Assembly (NCBI GenBank): GCA_021162285.1
Contig: JAGGYZ010000329.1
Location: 1-45,472 of the forward strand
Direction: 5' to 3'
From: Candidatus Fermentibacteraceae bacterium
GTDB lineage: Bacteria > Fermentibacterota > Fermentibacteria > Fermentibacterales > JCC-6
Length of the DNA stretch: 45,472 nucleotides
Part shown: positions 24,302-34,012 of the stretch, piece after piece
Position numbering within the stretch: position 1 is the stretch's first letter
Layout: each line of letters opens with the position of its first letter
The notes under the pieces: generated by a model
Seen by the model: the letters and a program-made list of their open reading frames with translations, nothing else
Database searches by the model: none
What the model was told of the DNA's origin: nothing
Translations under genes and position numbers: made by a program

Positions 24302-24331
24302 GCCCCCGCCTTTCGGCAGGGGCCTTATTAT
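24302..24331 (+). terminator. Probable rho-independent terminator after the CCC transporter gene
   Basis: GCCCCCGCC (24302-24310) pairs with GGCAGGGGC (24315-24323) with one mismatch around the loop TTTC. It is followed by CTTATTAT. Confidence 0.45.
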
Positions 24332-24352
24332 CATGAAGAATTGTGTTACAGG

Positions 24353-26200
24353 TTACTGCTGAGTTTCGTGGGTGGCAGCGTAGTCTGCCCTGAGAGAGTC
24401 CATGGTGTTGTAGTACTGGTCTCTCTGATCCTGTATGTCGGCGTTACTCCGTATGGATGCCATCAGTCTGCCGAAGAAAACCTGGTTGTGGCCGTTCTGA
24501 ACGGAGAGATAGAAGCCTGCAAGCTGTGATGCATTGTCAGGAATCTGTGCTTCTGTGCGGGTTACTATTTCTGCGAGATATGAAACTCCATTGTTGCTGA
24601 ACGGGCCCTGAACCGTGTACTCATCTGCCAGTAGAGAAATATCAGCAAAACCTTCGCAGCCCAGAAGACCCCGGTACGCAGACTGGTCAGATCCAGCCCA
24701 CTGTCTTACCGATACAGGGTTGAACTGCTGTGTGTCATAAACCTCCATCGATTCAGCTGCAGCCCATTCATCCAGGCTGAGTCCGCTGCTTTCGATGGCC
24801 GAAAGAGCTCTTGATGCCAGAGCCAGAGACTCGTCCTGCTGTCTCCGGGTGTAGAGTTCGAGAAGTATTGCATTGTTATCCAACGCTTCCTGAAGGGTTA
24901 ACTGCCCACCTGGAATTTCTTCGAGTTTTCTTGCCACCATGAGAGCAGGGTACCCAGTGGTAAGGCTGGGTACATAGAACACAGGACCGATGCTGTCTGC
25001 CCAGATGGAGTCAGTAGCAAATGAGATCAAAGACTGGGGAATAGTTGCCGAAGGGGAGGTTTCTCTGCTGACAACCAGCTCGCCGTAATCAACAAGAGAC
25101 AGCTGTTCGTAAACGGGATACTCTGTGAGAAGAATGGACTCGGCACCTTCCTCAAGATCCCAGAGAGTTTCTCTTACCGTTCTGTAGCTTGGAAACAGAG
25201 GTATTTCCCAGTGAACAAGGGTAAGGGTATCACTGTCTTCAGTGGTGTCATCAACTGCACTGTTCACAGACAGAAGCTCCACTGAATGGCCTGCCATCAT
25301 TGAAGTCTGGTTCATGGAAGCCGCCAGAAAAGGTTCCGAAAGGTCACCTGTGGACAAGTCAACATCCCACCCGGAGAATCCGGCAAGCTGGATTCTTGTG
25401 ACAGAGAAAGTGTCCGGCATTCCTGTACCGCTTAGTGCCAGAGAATCGACCATGGCAAGGGTTGCCTCAATGTCTTCCTGCGTCGGTTGAACGGAAAATG
25501 TAGCGTATCTGATCGCTGCTCCGGGAGATGACACGAATAGATCCGTGTTTGCATTGTAGAACTCTTCGAGCTCATTTTCTGATGGAAGTTCTGGAGACGA
25601 GTTGAATGGAATGTACCTTGCTGAAACCGATGTCATAGCATCTCTGACAAGAAACTCAACCTCATCTGCAGAAATAAGGTTTTCAAGGGAAACTGCAGCT
25701 CCAAACATGGCCATGTCCGCCTGGGCAATCAACTGGTAAAGTGTAGACCTGTAATTTGGGTCGTTTTCGTATTCCTTCATGTAACCGTCGGGATCTTCAA
25801 TACCGAACATCTGAAGCTGTGTTTTCAGAAGAGCCTGCGCCATAGAAGGTTTTACCGGTTCCCATCCGAGCTGCTTCAGGTATTCATCCTGAAGTGTTCT
25901 GTCAACCATAATTTCAAAAGCAGAGTTGTTGATGTCGTTGAACATCAGTGCAAGCTGGTTTTCCGGGTCAGGGTCTCCCATCTGCTGCATCTGATTTTTC
26001 ATGTTGTTGTAAACTTCGTCGCGTACAGCGTCGTACGATGCAGGCTGAAGCCCTGTTCCGTTTACGGTACCAACAACAAGTTTGTCAACTTCAACGCTCT
26101 GGACACCCCCTCGTCCCCACTGAAGAAAAATCATACCAACGAAGATGACAACGATCGCAATAAGGAATATCTTTGCATTGTTTCTGAACCAGGTTAACAT
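24353..26200 (-). CDS. PpiD-like periplasmic chaperone (N-terminal membrane anchor + SurA_N-like domain); parvulin domain not recognisable
   Basis: I prefer the ATG at 26200 (GAGGGGA SD-like upstream). MLTWFRNNAKIFLIAIVVIFVGMIFLQWG matches the typical PpiD N-terminus. I could not find the parvulin signature by eye. Confidence 0.7.
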   Translation of the reverse strand: MLTWFRNNAKIFLIAIVVIFVGMIFLQWGRGGVQSVEVDKLVVGTVNGTGLQPASYDAVRDEVYNNMKNQMQQMGDPDPENQLALMFNDINNSAFEIMVDRTLQDEYLKQLGWEPVKPSMAQALLKTQLQMFGIEDPDGYMKEYENDPNYRSTLYQLIAQADMAMFGAAVSLENLISADEVEFLVRDAMTSVSARYIPFNSSPELPSENELEEFYNANTDLFVSSPGAAIRYATFSVQPTQEDIEATLAMVDSLALSGTGMPDTFSVTRIQLAGFSGWDVDLSTGDLSEPFLAASMNQTSMMAGHSVELLSVNSAVDDTTEDSDTLTLVHWEIPLFPSYRTVRETLWDLEEGAESILLTEYPVYEQLSLVDYGELVVSRETSPSATIPQSLISFATDSIWADSIGPVFYVPSLTTGYPALMVARKLEEIPGGQLTLQEALDNNAILLELYTRRQQDESLALASRALSAIESSGLSLDEWAAAESMEVYDTQQFNPVSVRQWAGSDQSAYRGLLGCEGFADISLLADEYTVQGPFSNNGVSYLAEIVTRTEAQIPDNASQLAGFYLSVQNGHNQVFFGRLMASIRSNADIQDQRDQYYNTMDSLRADYAATHETQQ

Positions 26201-26281
26201 TAAAGGATCCCCTCTGTTGAATTGAGGATGGAAAATAAGCAAAATGCCGTTCAAGGGGCAATACCCGAGAGGTGCTGAGAA

Positions 26282-27274
26282 TTGATAGTCAAGAACTTTG
26301 CCGTTATGATGAAGAGAGTCGAAACTGCATCCCCGGGAGATTTATTTGTGGTGTCCGGAGAAGAGTTTTACCAGTCAAACCGACTTCTTGATGCTTTTTG
26401 CCGCCGTGGAGTTGAATTGTCTTTTGAACCTGTCAGAATTGTTCCCGACGATCTGAAAGAGGCAAACCTCACTGCAGTGTTCAGCGAGGCATCACTTTTC
26501 AGTCCGGGGAAATATGTGGTAATCAGTGAGGTTGATAAACTCACCAGCTCTCAGAAGAGCGAGTTTGAGAAGCTTGTTTCAGGCAGTTTTGAACACATTG
26601 TGTTTTGCCGTACAGCAGGAAGGAAGCCCTCAAACATATTTATGACAAAACTTGAACGAGAGGGAACAGGCTTTGTGTGCTGGGAACCTTTTGCTGACGG
26701 GATGCGGAAATGGGCTGGAACACTTGCTGTAGAAGAGGGGATTACTCTTAACAGAGACGGATCTCAGGCCGCGGAAGCCATTGCGTCAGGAAAGCTGGAA
26801 AGGCTTGCGGATGCTGTAAGGCGCACTGCTCTTTTTCACGGCAGAGGGTCCGTTGTTAATTCTCAGGGTGTGTACGCTGCAGTACTCGGTTCCGCAGAAG
26901 CTACGGCCTTTCAATTCACGGCAGAAGTTCTTTCAGGAAACAAAGCGGCTGCACTGCGCTCCCTTTCTGTTCTGATTAATTCGGGAGAAGAGCCTATCAG
27001 GTTGCTGGCACTTCTTTACAGCCAGTGGAAACAGACTGCTGCGGCCAGAGAATTACTTCAAGCCGGGATATCAACGCAGGCGGCGGCAAAAAGGCTGGGT
27101 ATCCCACCTTTCAGATGGAGGAGTGTTGAGGCCCGGGCTGGGAGACGCGTAAACTATGCAACTTCCGAAATACTAGAGTCTTTCGCTGCTGCTGATCATG
27201 CGCTGAAAACAGGATCGGATGCTCTTGCCTCAATAGCGTCTGTTGTTCTCTCCTTGACATCCACTGGTAAATGA
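26282..27274 (+). CDS. holA: DNA polymerase III delta subunit
   Basis: N-terminal LFVVSGEEFYQ and ASLFSPGKYVVISEVDKL, with a helical C-terminal half, match HolA. The start is ambiguous between TTG 26282 and ATG 26306/26309. Confidence 0.7.
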   Translation: MIVKNFAVMMKRVETASPGDLFVVSGEEFYQSNRLLDAFCRRGVELSFEPVRIVPDDLKEANLTAVFSEASLFSPGKYVVISEVDKLTSSQKSEFEKLVSGSFEHIVFCRTAGRKPSNIFMTKLEREGTGFVCWEPFADGMRKWAGTLAVEEGITLNRDGSQAAEAIASGKLERLADAVRRTALFHGRGSVVNSQGVYAAVLGSAEATAFQFTAEVLSGNKAAALRSLSVLINSGEEPIRLLALLYSQWKQTAAARELLQAGISTQAAAKRLGIPPFRWRSVEARAGRRVNYATSEILESFAAADHALKTGSDALASIASVVLSLTSTGK

Positions 27275-27334
27275 AGAAAGATATCGCAGTGTATGGTGAT
27301 TATTAAAAAACGGGTAATTGAGAATGGAGGGGTA

Positions 27335-28021
27335 ATGGCGCTGGAAAGGAAGATCCAGGATCTCCTGGCGAGACGCACAGAACTTGCCGAAAGGCTGTCT
27401 AATCTTGAGACCATGAAGCCGGAGACTAACCAGAGGGTTTACTCCAGAATCAAGAGCGATTACGATAATCAGCTCAATGATGTTCTGGGCAAGCTTGGTG
27501 CCGAAAAGGGTTCTTTAGAGGGAAAAGTCAGCGATCTCACAACGAAGATCAATGAACTTGAGCAGAAGCATCAGAACGAGGCTGACCTTGTAGAAGAACT
27601 CAAGATCAGAGCAAGGCTCCGTGAGCACGATGAAAATGATCCCAGTTTTCAGAAGGATCTAGATGCTGCGACCAAGAAAAGCAACACAACAGCTGGCGAG
27701 CTCGATGGTTTCCGTTCGGAACTGGGAGACCTGAAGAAGGTTCTTAGAGATGTTGAGGAAGCTACACAGGGTAAAGCGGCTAAAGGTGGTTCATCCAAGG
27801 CAGCACAAGCACCTTCCGACGATGACAGCCTCGATGAGCTCGATCTCGATGATGACGATATTGACTTGGAAGAAACGGAAGATGAATCAGTAAAATGTCC
27901 GTCATGCGGGCATATGAATCCTCCGCAGAAGCTTTTCTGCGAGGATTGCGGTGCCGCTCTCGATGAAGAGGGTGAAGAAGACGATTTTGATCTTCTAGAC
28001 GATGCGGATCTCGACATCTAA
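27335..28021 (+). CDS. Hypothetical coiled-coil protein with a poly-acidic tract flanking a C-terminal zinc ribbon
   Basis: ATG at 27335 preceded by GGAGGGG. About 150 aa of heptad-like, K/E/L-rich sequence come first. The C-terminus reads DDDSLDELDLDDDDIDLEETEDE, then CPSCG..x11..CEDCG, then EEGEEDDFDLLDDADLDI. Confidence 0.8.
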   Translation: MALERKIQDLLARRTELAERLSNLETMKPETNQRVYSRIKSDYDNQLNDVLGKLGAEKGSLEGKVSDLTTKINELEQKHQNEADLVEELKIRARLREHDENDPSFQKDLDAATKKSNTTAGELDGFRSELGDLKKVLRDVEEATQGKAAKGGSSKAAQAPSDDDSLDELDLDDDDIDLEETEDESVKCPSCGHMNPPQKLFCEDCGAALDEEGEEDDFDLLDDADLDI

Positions 28022-28042
28022 AGCCGTTGTTGTTTAAGACTT

Positions 28043-28075
28043 CCGGCCCTGTTTACTCAGGGCCGGTTGTTTTTT
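28043..28075 (+). terminator. Rho-independent terminator after the zinc-ribbon gene; its right arm overlaps the 3' end of the convergent asd
   Basis: CCGGCCCTG (28043-28051) pairs perfectly with CAGGGCCGG (28058-28066) around a 6-nt loop. It is followed by TTGTTTTTT. Confidence 0.75.
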
Positions 28076-29021
28076 CTGCTACAAGTTCCAGAATCTGAAC
28101 TGCATTCAGAGCTGCGCCTTTTCGAACATTATCGGCGGTTACCCAGAACTGAACAATCGTACCATCTGCAGGGTGGTTTCTCACCCTTCCAACAACGGTG
28201 TGGTTTGTACCCTCTATCTGAACAGGCTGACAGCCAAGGTCCTGTATATCCACTCCCGGGGCTTTTCCAAGCGTCCTTTTTACTGTTTCAGCGGAGACTT
28301 TCTGCTTGAATTTTACAGTTATACTTTCTGTGTGACCTGTTACAACAGGAACCCTTGCACATGATGGATATACTGGAAATTCCACTCCCAGTATCTTCGG
28401 GGTTTCCTTTATGAGTTTGAGTTCTTCTGCTGTGTATCCGGAAGGTTCAGGTACTCCTATTTCGCATAGTACATTCCGGTGGAATGAGTTTACCTCTGGT
28501 ACACTGTTCTCCTGTCTTTCAAGGGCAGCTATACCTTCTCTTCCTGCTCCGGAGACAGCCTGGTAAGTAACGACTGAAACCCATTCCACAGCAGCAATAC
28601 TTCTGAGAGGACCCAGAGCCATGACAAGTTGTATTGTGGAACAGTTGGGATTGGCAATCAGTTTGTGATGATATTTTACTGCCTGAGGATTGACCTCTGG
28701 AACAACCAGAGGAACGCCTTCATCCAACCTGTATGCCGATGAATTATCTATTACACAGGCACCTGCCCGAAGAGCTTCGGGCACCCAGTTCCGTGCAACT
28801 TCGGACGAAGTCGCACCGAGAATAATCATGCCCTTTTCCCAGGAGGACTTTTGTATTATTTCAACTGTATGGGGGATACCCCTGAACAGCACAGTTTGAC
28901 CGGTGCTTTTTGCCGTTGCGAAGAGCCTTAATTCATGGACGGGAAGGGAACTCTCCTGAAGTACGGAAATCATTTTATCGCCGACGAGGCCAGTTGCCCC
29001 GACAATACCAATTTTTACCAT
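28053..29021 (-). CDS. asd: Aspartate-semialdehyde dehydrogenase
   Basis: Motifs: MVKIGIVGATGLVG (Rossmann fold), the active-site block NPNCSTIQLVMAL, and QAVSGAG. Confidence 0.92.
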   Translation of the reverse strand: MVKIGIVGATGLVGDKMISVLQESSLPVHELRLFATAKSTGQTVLFRGIPHTVEIIQKSSWEKGMIILGATSSEVARNWVPEALRAGACVIDNSSAYRLDEGVPLVVPEVNPQAVKYHHKLIANPNCSTIQLVMALGPLRSIAAVEWVSVVTYQAVSGAGREGIAALERQENSVPEVNSFHRNVLCEIGVPEPSGYTAEELKLIKETPKILGVEFPVYPSCARVPVVTGHTESITVKFKQKVSAETVKRTLGKAPGVDIQDLGCQPVQIEGTNHTVVGRVRNHPADGTIVQFWVTADNVRKGAALNAVQILELVAEKTTGPE

Positions 29022-29024
29022 GTC

Positions 29025-30455
29025 ATGACCTCTCTGGCTGGCTGGCTAAAGTATTTTCATATAACTGCTGTAATATTGTTCTTTTCGTCATGTTCAGGCA
29101 TCAGGCTTTACAATTCATCAGATTCTGCAGTTGATTCTGCGGAATCACAGACAGCTTCCGAAATCACTCTCTATTCGGTAAAGCCTCTGTTTCCGGTTCT
29201 TCACGGCAGTTCCGGAAGGGTAGAACCTTCCGGAACCATTCCACTGTACGCACCCCATCTCAGCGACCTCAATTACACTCCGGAAGGATGTCCGGCGGAC
29301 GATGGAACACTTCGGTTGCTGGAAGCCATTCTAAAAAGCCAGGGTGCACCATCAGACCTGGCGGCGCTGCCCTGGGTTGAAAGTAATTACTATGTAGGCG
29401 ATTACTCAAGAGTGGGGGCTGCCGGTCCGTGGCAGTTTATGAGCGGTACGGCCAGGCAGTTCAGAATGAACATGACCGATCAGGTGGATGAACGTTATTC
29501 CTGGACAGCTTCCACAAGAACAGCTTCAAACTATCTACTGTATCTGAACCGGATGTTTGATGACTGGCATCTGGCTCTTGCAGCATACAACTGCGGTGAG
29601 GGGGCTGTGCAGCGGGCGATCTCAAATGCTACCAGAAGAGAGTACGGAGTAATAGAGCTTCCCGGAGAGACAGACGCTTTCGTTCCCAGGTACTCTGCAG
29701 CACTTCTGGCCATCCGCCAGATGGAAACTGTTGAGCCTTCGCTCTCCGTTATTCTGGTTCCCCCGGGTCTTGATCTCAGACTGCTGGCTGCAGAGAGCAG
29801 TATAGATCCCGAATTCCTGGCAGAGCACAACAGGGGATTCTTGAAAGAGGTAACCCCCCCAGGTCTGAGAAACTGGGAAGTAGTCGTACCTACACTGCAG
29901 GCTTCAGTTGCATTCCAGACGGCGTGGTCTATACAGAGGGACAGGTATGTTGTAAAGAGTGGCGATTCATGGGCATCGATTGGGCAGGCCACAGGTGTAG
30001 CTGCAAACGACCTTATGGAGGCTAATAATTCGTCGATGCCCAATCCCGGAGGATCCATACTGTTACCGGAGAGTTCCAGGGTTCCGGTGAATTCGAGTGC
30101 CGCTGTCAGCGCCGGTTTTTTTCAGTATACTGTACGGTCAGGAGATACTCTGGGAGGAATTGGTGTTCTGGTTGGAGTATCTTCCAGAGAAGTTGCCCAG
30201 TGGAACGATATGTCTACTGCAACGATGATACACCCGGGGCAGAAGCTGCTTTTACGGGGTACACCTCCTGAAGGGTCCGGGGCGGTTTCAATAGTTAGAG
30301 CAGACAGTGTGGTTACTCACACAGTTGAGGCAGGTGATTCAATGTGGGCGCTTGCCAATCGGTACGGAGTCAGTGTAGAACAGATTATGGAATTAAACAA
30401 CAAGGATTCAGCAGCATTATCAATTGGTGAAAACCTGATCATTAAACCGGAGTAG
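29025..30455 (+). CDS. Membrane-bound lytic transglycosylase (SLT domain) with three C-terminal LysM repeats (MltD-like lipoprotein)
   Basis: I prefer the ATG at 29025, because the listed Met at 28935 lies inside asd. Signal: MTSLAGWLKYFHITAVILFFSSCSG. SLT motifs: LPWVESNY..GAAGPWQFM and LALAAYNCGEGAV. LysM repeats: YVVKSGDSWASIG, YTVRSGDTLGGIG, HTVEAGDSMWALA. Confidence 0.85.
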   Translation: MTSLAGWLKYFHITAVILFFSSCSGIRLYNSSDSAVDSAESQTASEITLYSVKPLFPVLHGSSGRVEPSGTIPLYAPHLSDLNYTPEGCPADDGTLRLLEAILKSQGAPSDLAALPWVESNYYVGDYSRVGAAGPWQFMSGTARQFRMNMTDQVDERYSWTASTRTASNYLLYLNRMFDDWHLALAAYNCGEGAVQRAISNATRREYGVIELPGETDAFVPRYSAALLAIRQMETVEPSLSVILVPPGLDLRLLAAESSIDPEFLAEHNRGFLKEVTPPGLRNWEVVVPTLQASVAFQTAWSIQRDRYVVKSGDSWASIGQATGVAANDLMEANNSSMPNPGGSILLPESSRVPVNSSAAVSAGFFQYTVRSGDTLGGIGVLVGVSSREVAQWNDMSTATMIHPGQKLLLRGTPPEGSGAVSIVRADSVVTHTVEAGDSMWALANRYGVSVEQIMELNNKDSAALSIGENLIIKPE

Positions 30456-30460
30456 GTGTC

Positions 30461-33400
30461 ATGGCATTTCTATTCGGATCAAAATCACAGAGAGCGTTCA
30501 AGAAAATCCAGGATTTGGCTGATAGCGATATGGTCGACCAGGCAGCGGTCATGGTTGAAGAAGACCTTGATCTGCTTCTGGCAGACCATGAAGTAGCAAC
30601 AAAACTGGTCCCTTTTCTTATGGATATAGGTCATCCGGATCTGGGTGGCAGAATCGGTGAGAAAATAATGAGAACTCATTCTGACTTAAGGATGAGTATT
30701 TCCAGACTTCTGGAAGAAAAACAGTCTCAGTTTCCCCGGTCAATAGAACTGTTGCGGGTGATCTGGCGAACAAGACTTCACCAGAGGGATTTCAACGGTT
30801 TAATGGAGTTGCTGGGAAACACCGAGAGGTTAACGGTAAGCCGTTTTGCTGAATCTGTTCAGAGTGCCTATCAGACCCTGGACGGGGTTACGGGAAGAGA
30901 ACTGGGTTCAAGCATCGACAGAGTTCTGGCCTGGTCTGTTATTCAGCTCCACAGGGGAGACCCGGGAGCAGCTATGGATGTGCTGGTGGATTCTGCCGAG
31001 AGATGCAGATTCCCCGAGGAGAGTCTTGCAAGGCTCAGCGGCTGGATAGCTGCCAGAACCGGTGGTACCGATATGGATGTTAATCTGAAAAGAATAACCG
31101 TACTTACCGCAATCGGAGACTCGGAAAGGGCCATATCAGAACTGCCCAGCCTCTACGATGCTGAAGTTGATGTTGTTAACAAAGCTGTTGCTCTTGTTGA
31201 AAAGGATCTTGTTCCCTCCGACCAGACACCGAGAGCCAGAGTTTCTCTTGCCAGGCTGATAAGTGCCAGTGGAAGGCCGGATGATGCCAGTCTGATCCTG
31301 GACAATCTTATAGATGAACACGGTAATTCGTCTCTTCTGGAACAGGCTGTTACACACCTGGTAATAAGTGCTTCAGGTCATGCAAGGGTACATCTCCTTC
31401 AGGCCCGTCTCAGGCTTACAAGGGGAGAGAATACGCAGGCTCTTGACTCGGTGGACAGGGCGTTTCAGTGTGATGATGTGGTAGATTCTCCTATTGTAGA
31501 AACCTGCAGAAAATTCATTAATTCCGGCGTTGACAGAGAAGGGCTTATCTCCGGGAAACTGGGAGAATTCCTTGTTAACAAGGGTGCTGTGGAAGATGCG
31601 GTGGAAGTCCTGGGGCTCCGTGCCAGACAGACCCCGGAATGGGTTCTTGAGCAGATTCAAAAACTCCTGAAGCGTGACAGAACAAGTGCGGCAGTTCTAA
31701 CCCTCCTGGCAGTTGTTCTTCTCATCGACAAAAGAGGTGGAGAAGCTGCTGCAACTCTGAAGCATCTTTCTGCCAGGCAGGATGTTAAATCAAGACAGGA
31801 TATTGTTTCAGTCCTGGCGCATTTTGATGATCTCATGGGAACACACCACGAGTTAAGAAGACTCAGGGCAGCTGCCGGTTACAAAACAGGTAAAGGAGCG
31901 GAGGCTGCTTCAGACTGGCTTGAACTGCTTCTCGTGGGCGAAGAAGTTAACGACGCCGGACTCCTGGAGATTTATGACCGGGAGATCCTGCGTGATCGTG
32001 GAGCAGAGGTTCTCTCATCGGGGTTTGTACCCGGATCGCCGGCAGGAGAACTGGTGATCGCTGCTGCAAACATTTTTTCCGGTAACCTTAAAGACTCCTC
32101 TGCACATTTCACAGCAGCTCTCTCTGACACCAGTCTTGTTGAAAGAGTAACCAGCCTGATTTCTGCTCTGCCTTTTTCTTCTATATCTGCAATGAAGCCG
32201 GCAAAGCTGTTCGAGACTCTTAACGAGAGCGGCAAGGGTAAAGTTGTGGAAAAGCTGCTGCCTGTTATGGCTTCCAGCGGTATCGAAGACTGGATGGATG
32301 AACTTGCTTCCAAACTGGTTCTTGACACTGATGGTGAAACTGTTCTTTTCCGATTGAGCTACTTTATAGACAGAGGAATGCCTGGAACTGCAGCTTCTTC
32401 AGTTCATGGAGTGGGAAAAACAGGCGATGACATTATGCAGCTGGTTCGCGGCTGTGAGCTGCTTGCAGCAGGAAAAGGGGAGCAGGCAACCGAATTCCTT
32501 ACGAAAGCTGCAGTTTCTGACAGAACTGCATTGCTCGCCAGAGAAGTTCTTTCAGGATATCTTGAGTCGGGAAAGGCATCTTCAGCAATGGCGATTGCTC
32601 TGGCCCAGGCTCAGTTGAAGACTGACGACAGTTCAGGTGCTGCTGACACACTTAATGCATTCCTTGATCGGCCGGCAGTTCTCGAATACCTGGAGAGTGC
32701 TGTTGTTGAGGTTCCAAGCTCTTCGGTACTTCAACGAAGCCTTGCTCTGGCCAGATTGTTTGCCGGCGATCCCGAGGGATACAGGGTTGCTGCTGGAACG
32801 GCAGTTGAGGGCAATCCAGATATTGCTGCTGAGCTTGTTCAAGCCGGTATCGACTACTCTGTAGAGCACGGCTATGCCGAAGGTCTGGTTTTTGCTGCTG
32901 AGCTTGGAATAAAATATATCGAGGAATTTGATTCTTCGACTGTGCTTGCACGAGCTTTGTGCATGCAACCGGAACTCGCAGAAAAGATTACCGGTCTTTC
33001 TGCTGGCGATGAGATACTGGGCATGCTGCTTCTGCTTGCTTTCAGTAATCCTGAGGGTTTTGTCTACCGGGAGTTACCGGAAGATATCATCCTGCCTGTA
33101 GAGATGCTGGAGAAGCCTCTCTACAAATGGAGAGAGTCTGAAAACACTCAAGCGCTGGAACAGCTGGAGATGATGGCAATGGAAAACGGGCATCTCAAGC
33201 AGGCTCACGATATACGGATCGCTCTGGCTGAACTTGGAGTTGATCGTTCAAAAGCTCTGCTGCAGGATACAGTAGACAGCCGGGAGTACAGAATGGACTT
33301 TTTGAAGCTGTGCTCTCAGCGTGAGCAGGCTGCGGAGTCTGTCAGCCAGCTCTTCCCGGACGGAGCTGGAAATTCAGACAGTGGGGAAATCTCTGCAGCA

Positions 33401-34009
33401 GTTGATATGCTGGTCAGATGCAAGTCTACCGATGAACTGTTTGTATTTGCTGTTGATATTCTTGAAAATGGCTCCGAGCAGAACAGTGAAGCCGCCGGGA
33501 AAATTGTGGACATATTTATTCCCACAGCCAACGAAGACGGTTCTCTTACCGTTCCGCAGGTTGTGGAACTTCTGCTGATGTCCGGTAGAATTTCTGAGGC
33601 ATTTTTGTTTGCCAGGGGAGATTCGGAACTTTTGAACAAGTTAAAGGATGCGGTAGCAAAACGGGATTCCGAATCTGATTCCGCCCGTGCGCTTTTGCGG
33701 AATGACAGAGCTTTCGAGGTTTTTCTTGCTCCCAATATCTCCGAAGACTCGATGTCACTTGGCGAGGCTCTGTGGCAGCTGGGGAAAAGGGTGGCAGCCT
33801 GCTCTGTGTGGCGAGGTGCCTATACCAGAACCGGGAATCCGTCATTTCTTTACAGGCTTGAATACGCCCAGAGGTACATGGGAGCTCTGGACGAGGCAAG
33901 CGCTGTGTCAAGACTTCTGGCAGAGAAACACCCGGAGAGTGTAAAGCCAGGAATTATAGACTCATTGCCCAACAGTTCACTAAAAATGATAATGTACAAT
34001 ATTAAATAA
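30461..34009 (+). CDS. Large (1182 aa) alpha-helical, TPR-like repeat protein with no signal peptide; function unknown
   Basis: A long uninterrupted ORF starts 5 nt after the preceding gene, with GGAG upstream. Composition is A/L/E/R-rich and consistent with all-alpha repeats. I saw no catalytic motif. Confidence 0.8.
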   Translation: MAFLFGSKSQRAFKKIQDLADSDMVDQAAVMVEEDLDLLLADHEVATKLVPFLMDIGHPDLGGRIGEKIMRTHSDLRMSISRLLEEKQSQFPRSIELLRVIWRTRLHQRDFNGLMELLGNTERLTVSRFAESVQSAYQTLDGVTGRELGSSIDRVLAWSVIQLHRGDPGAAMDVLVDSAERCRFPEESLARLSGWIAARTGGTDMDVNLKRITVLTAIGDSERAISELPSLYDAEVDVVNKAVALVEKDLVPSDQTPRARVSLARLISASGRPDDASLILDNLIDEHGNSSLLEQAVTHLVISASGHARVHLLQARLRLTRGENTQALDSVDRAFQCDDVVDSPIVETCRKFINSGVDREGLISGKLGEFLVNKGAVEDAVEVLGLRARQTPEWVLEQIQKLLKRDRTSAAVLTLLAVVLLIDKRGGEAAATLKHLSARQDVKSRQDIVSVLAHFDDLMGTHHELRRLRAAAGYKTGKGAEAASDWLELLLVGEEVNDAGLLEIYDREILRDRGAEVLSSGFVPGSPAGELVIAAANIFSGNLKDSSAHFTAALSDTSLVERVTSLISALPFSSISAMKPAKLFETLNESGKGKVVEKLLPVMASSGIEDWMDELASKLVLDTDGETVLFRLSYFIDRGMPGTAASSVHGVGKTGDDIMQLVRGCELLAAGKGEQATEFLTKAAVSDRTALLAREVLSGYLESGKASSAMAIALAQAQLKTDDSSGAADTLNAFLDRPAVLEYLESAVVEVPSSSVLQRSLALARLFAGDPEGYRVAAGTAVEGNPDIAAELVQAGIDYSVEHGYAEGLVFAAELGIKYIEEFDSSTVLARALCMQPELAEKITGLSAGDEILGMLLLLAFSNPEGFVYRELPEDIILPVEMLEKPLYKWRESENTQALEQLEMMAMENGHLKQAHDIRIALAELGVDRSKALLQDTVDSREYRMDFLKLCSQREQAAESVSQLFPDGAGNSDSGEISAAVDMLVRCKSTDELFVFAVDILENGSEQNSEAAGKIVDIFIPTANEDGSLTVPQVVELLLMSGRISEAFLFARGDSELLNKLKDAVAKRDSESDSARALLRNDRAFEVFLAPNISEDSMSLGEALWQLGKRVAACSVWRGAYTRTGNPSFLYRLEYAQRYMGALDEASAVSRLLAEKHPESVKPGIIDSLPNSSLKMIMYNIK

Positions 34010-34012
34010 AAA

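Noticed and set aside
28935-29024. Upstream extension of the LysM transglycosylase ORF
   Set aside because: It overlaps the 5' end of asd on the opposite strand and would bury the signal peptide 30 residues inside the protein.
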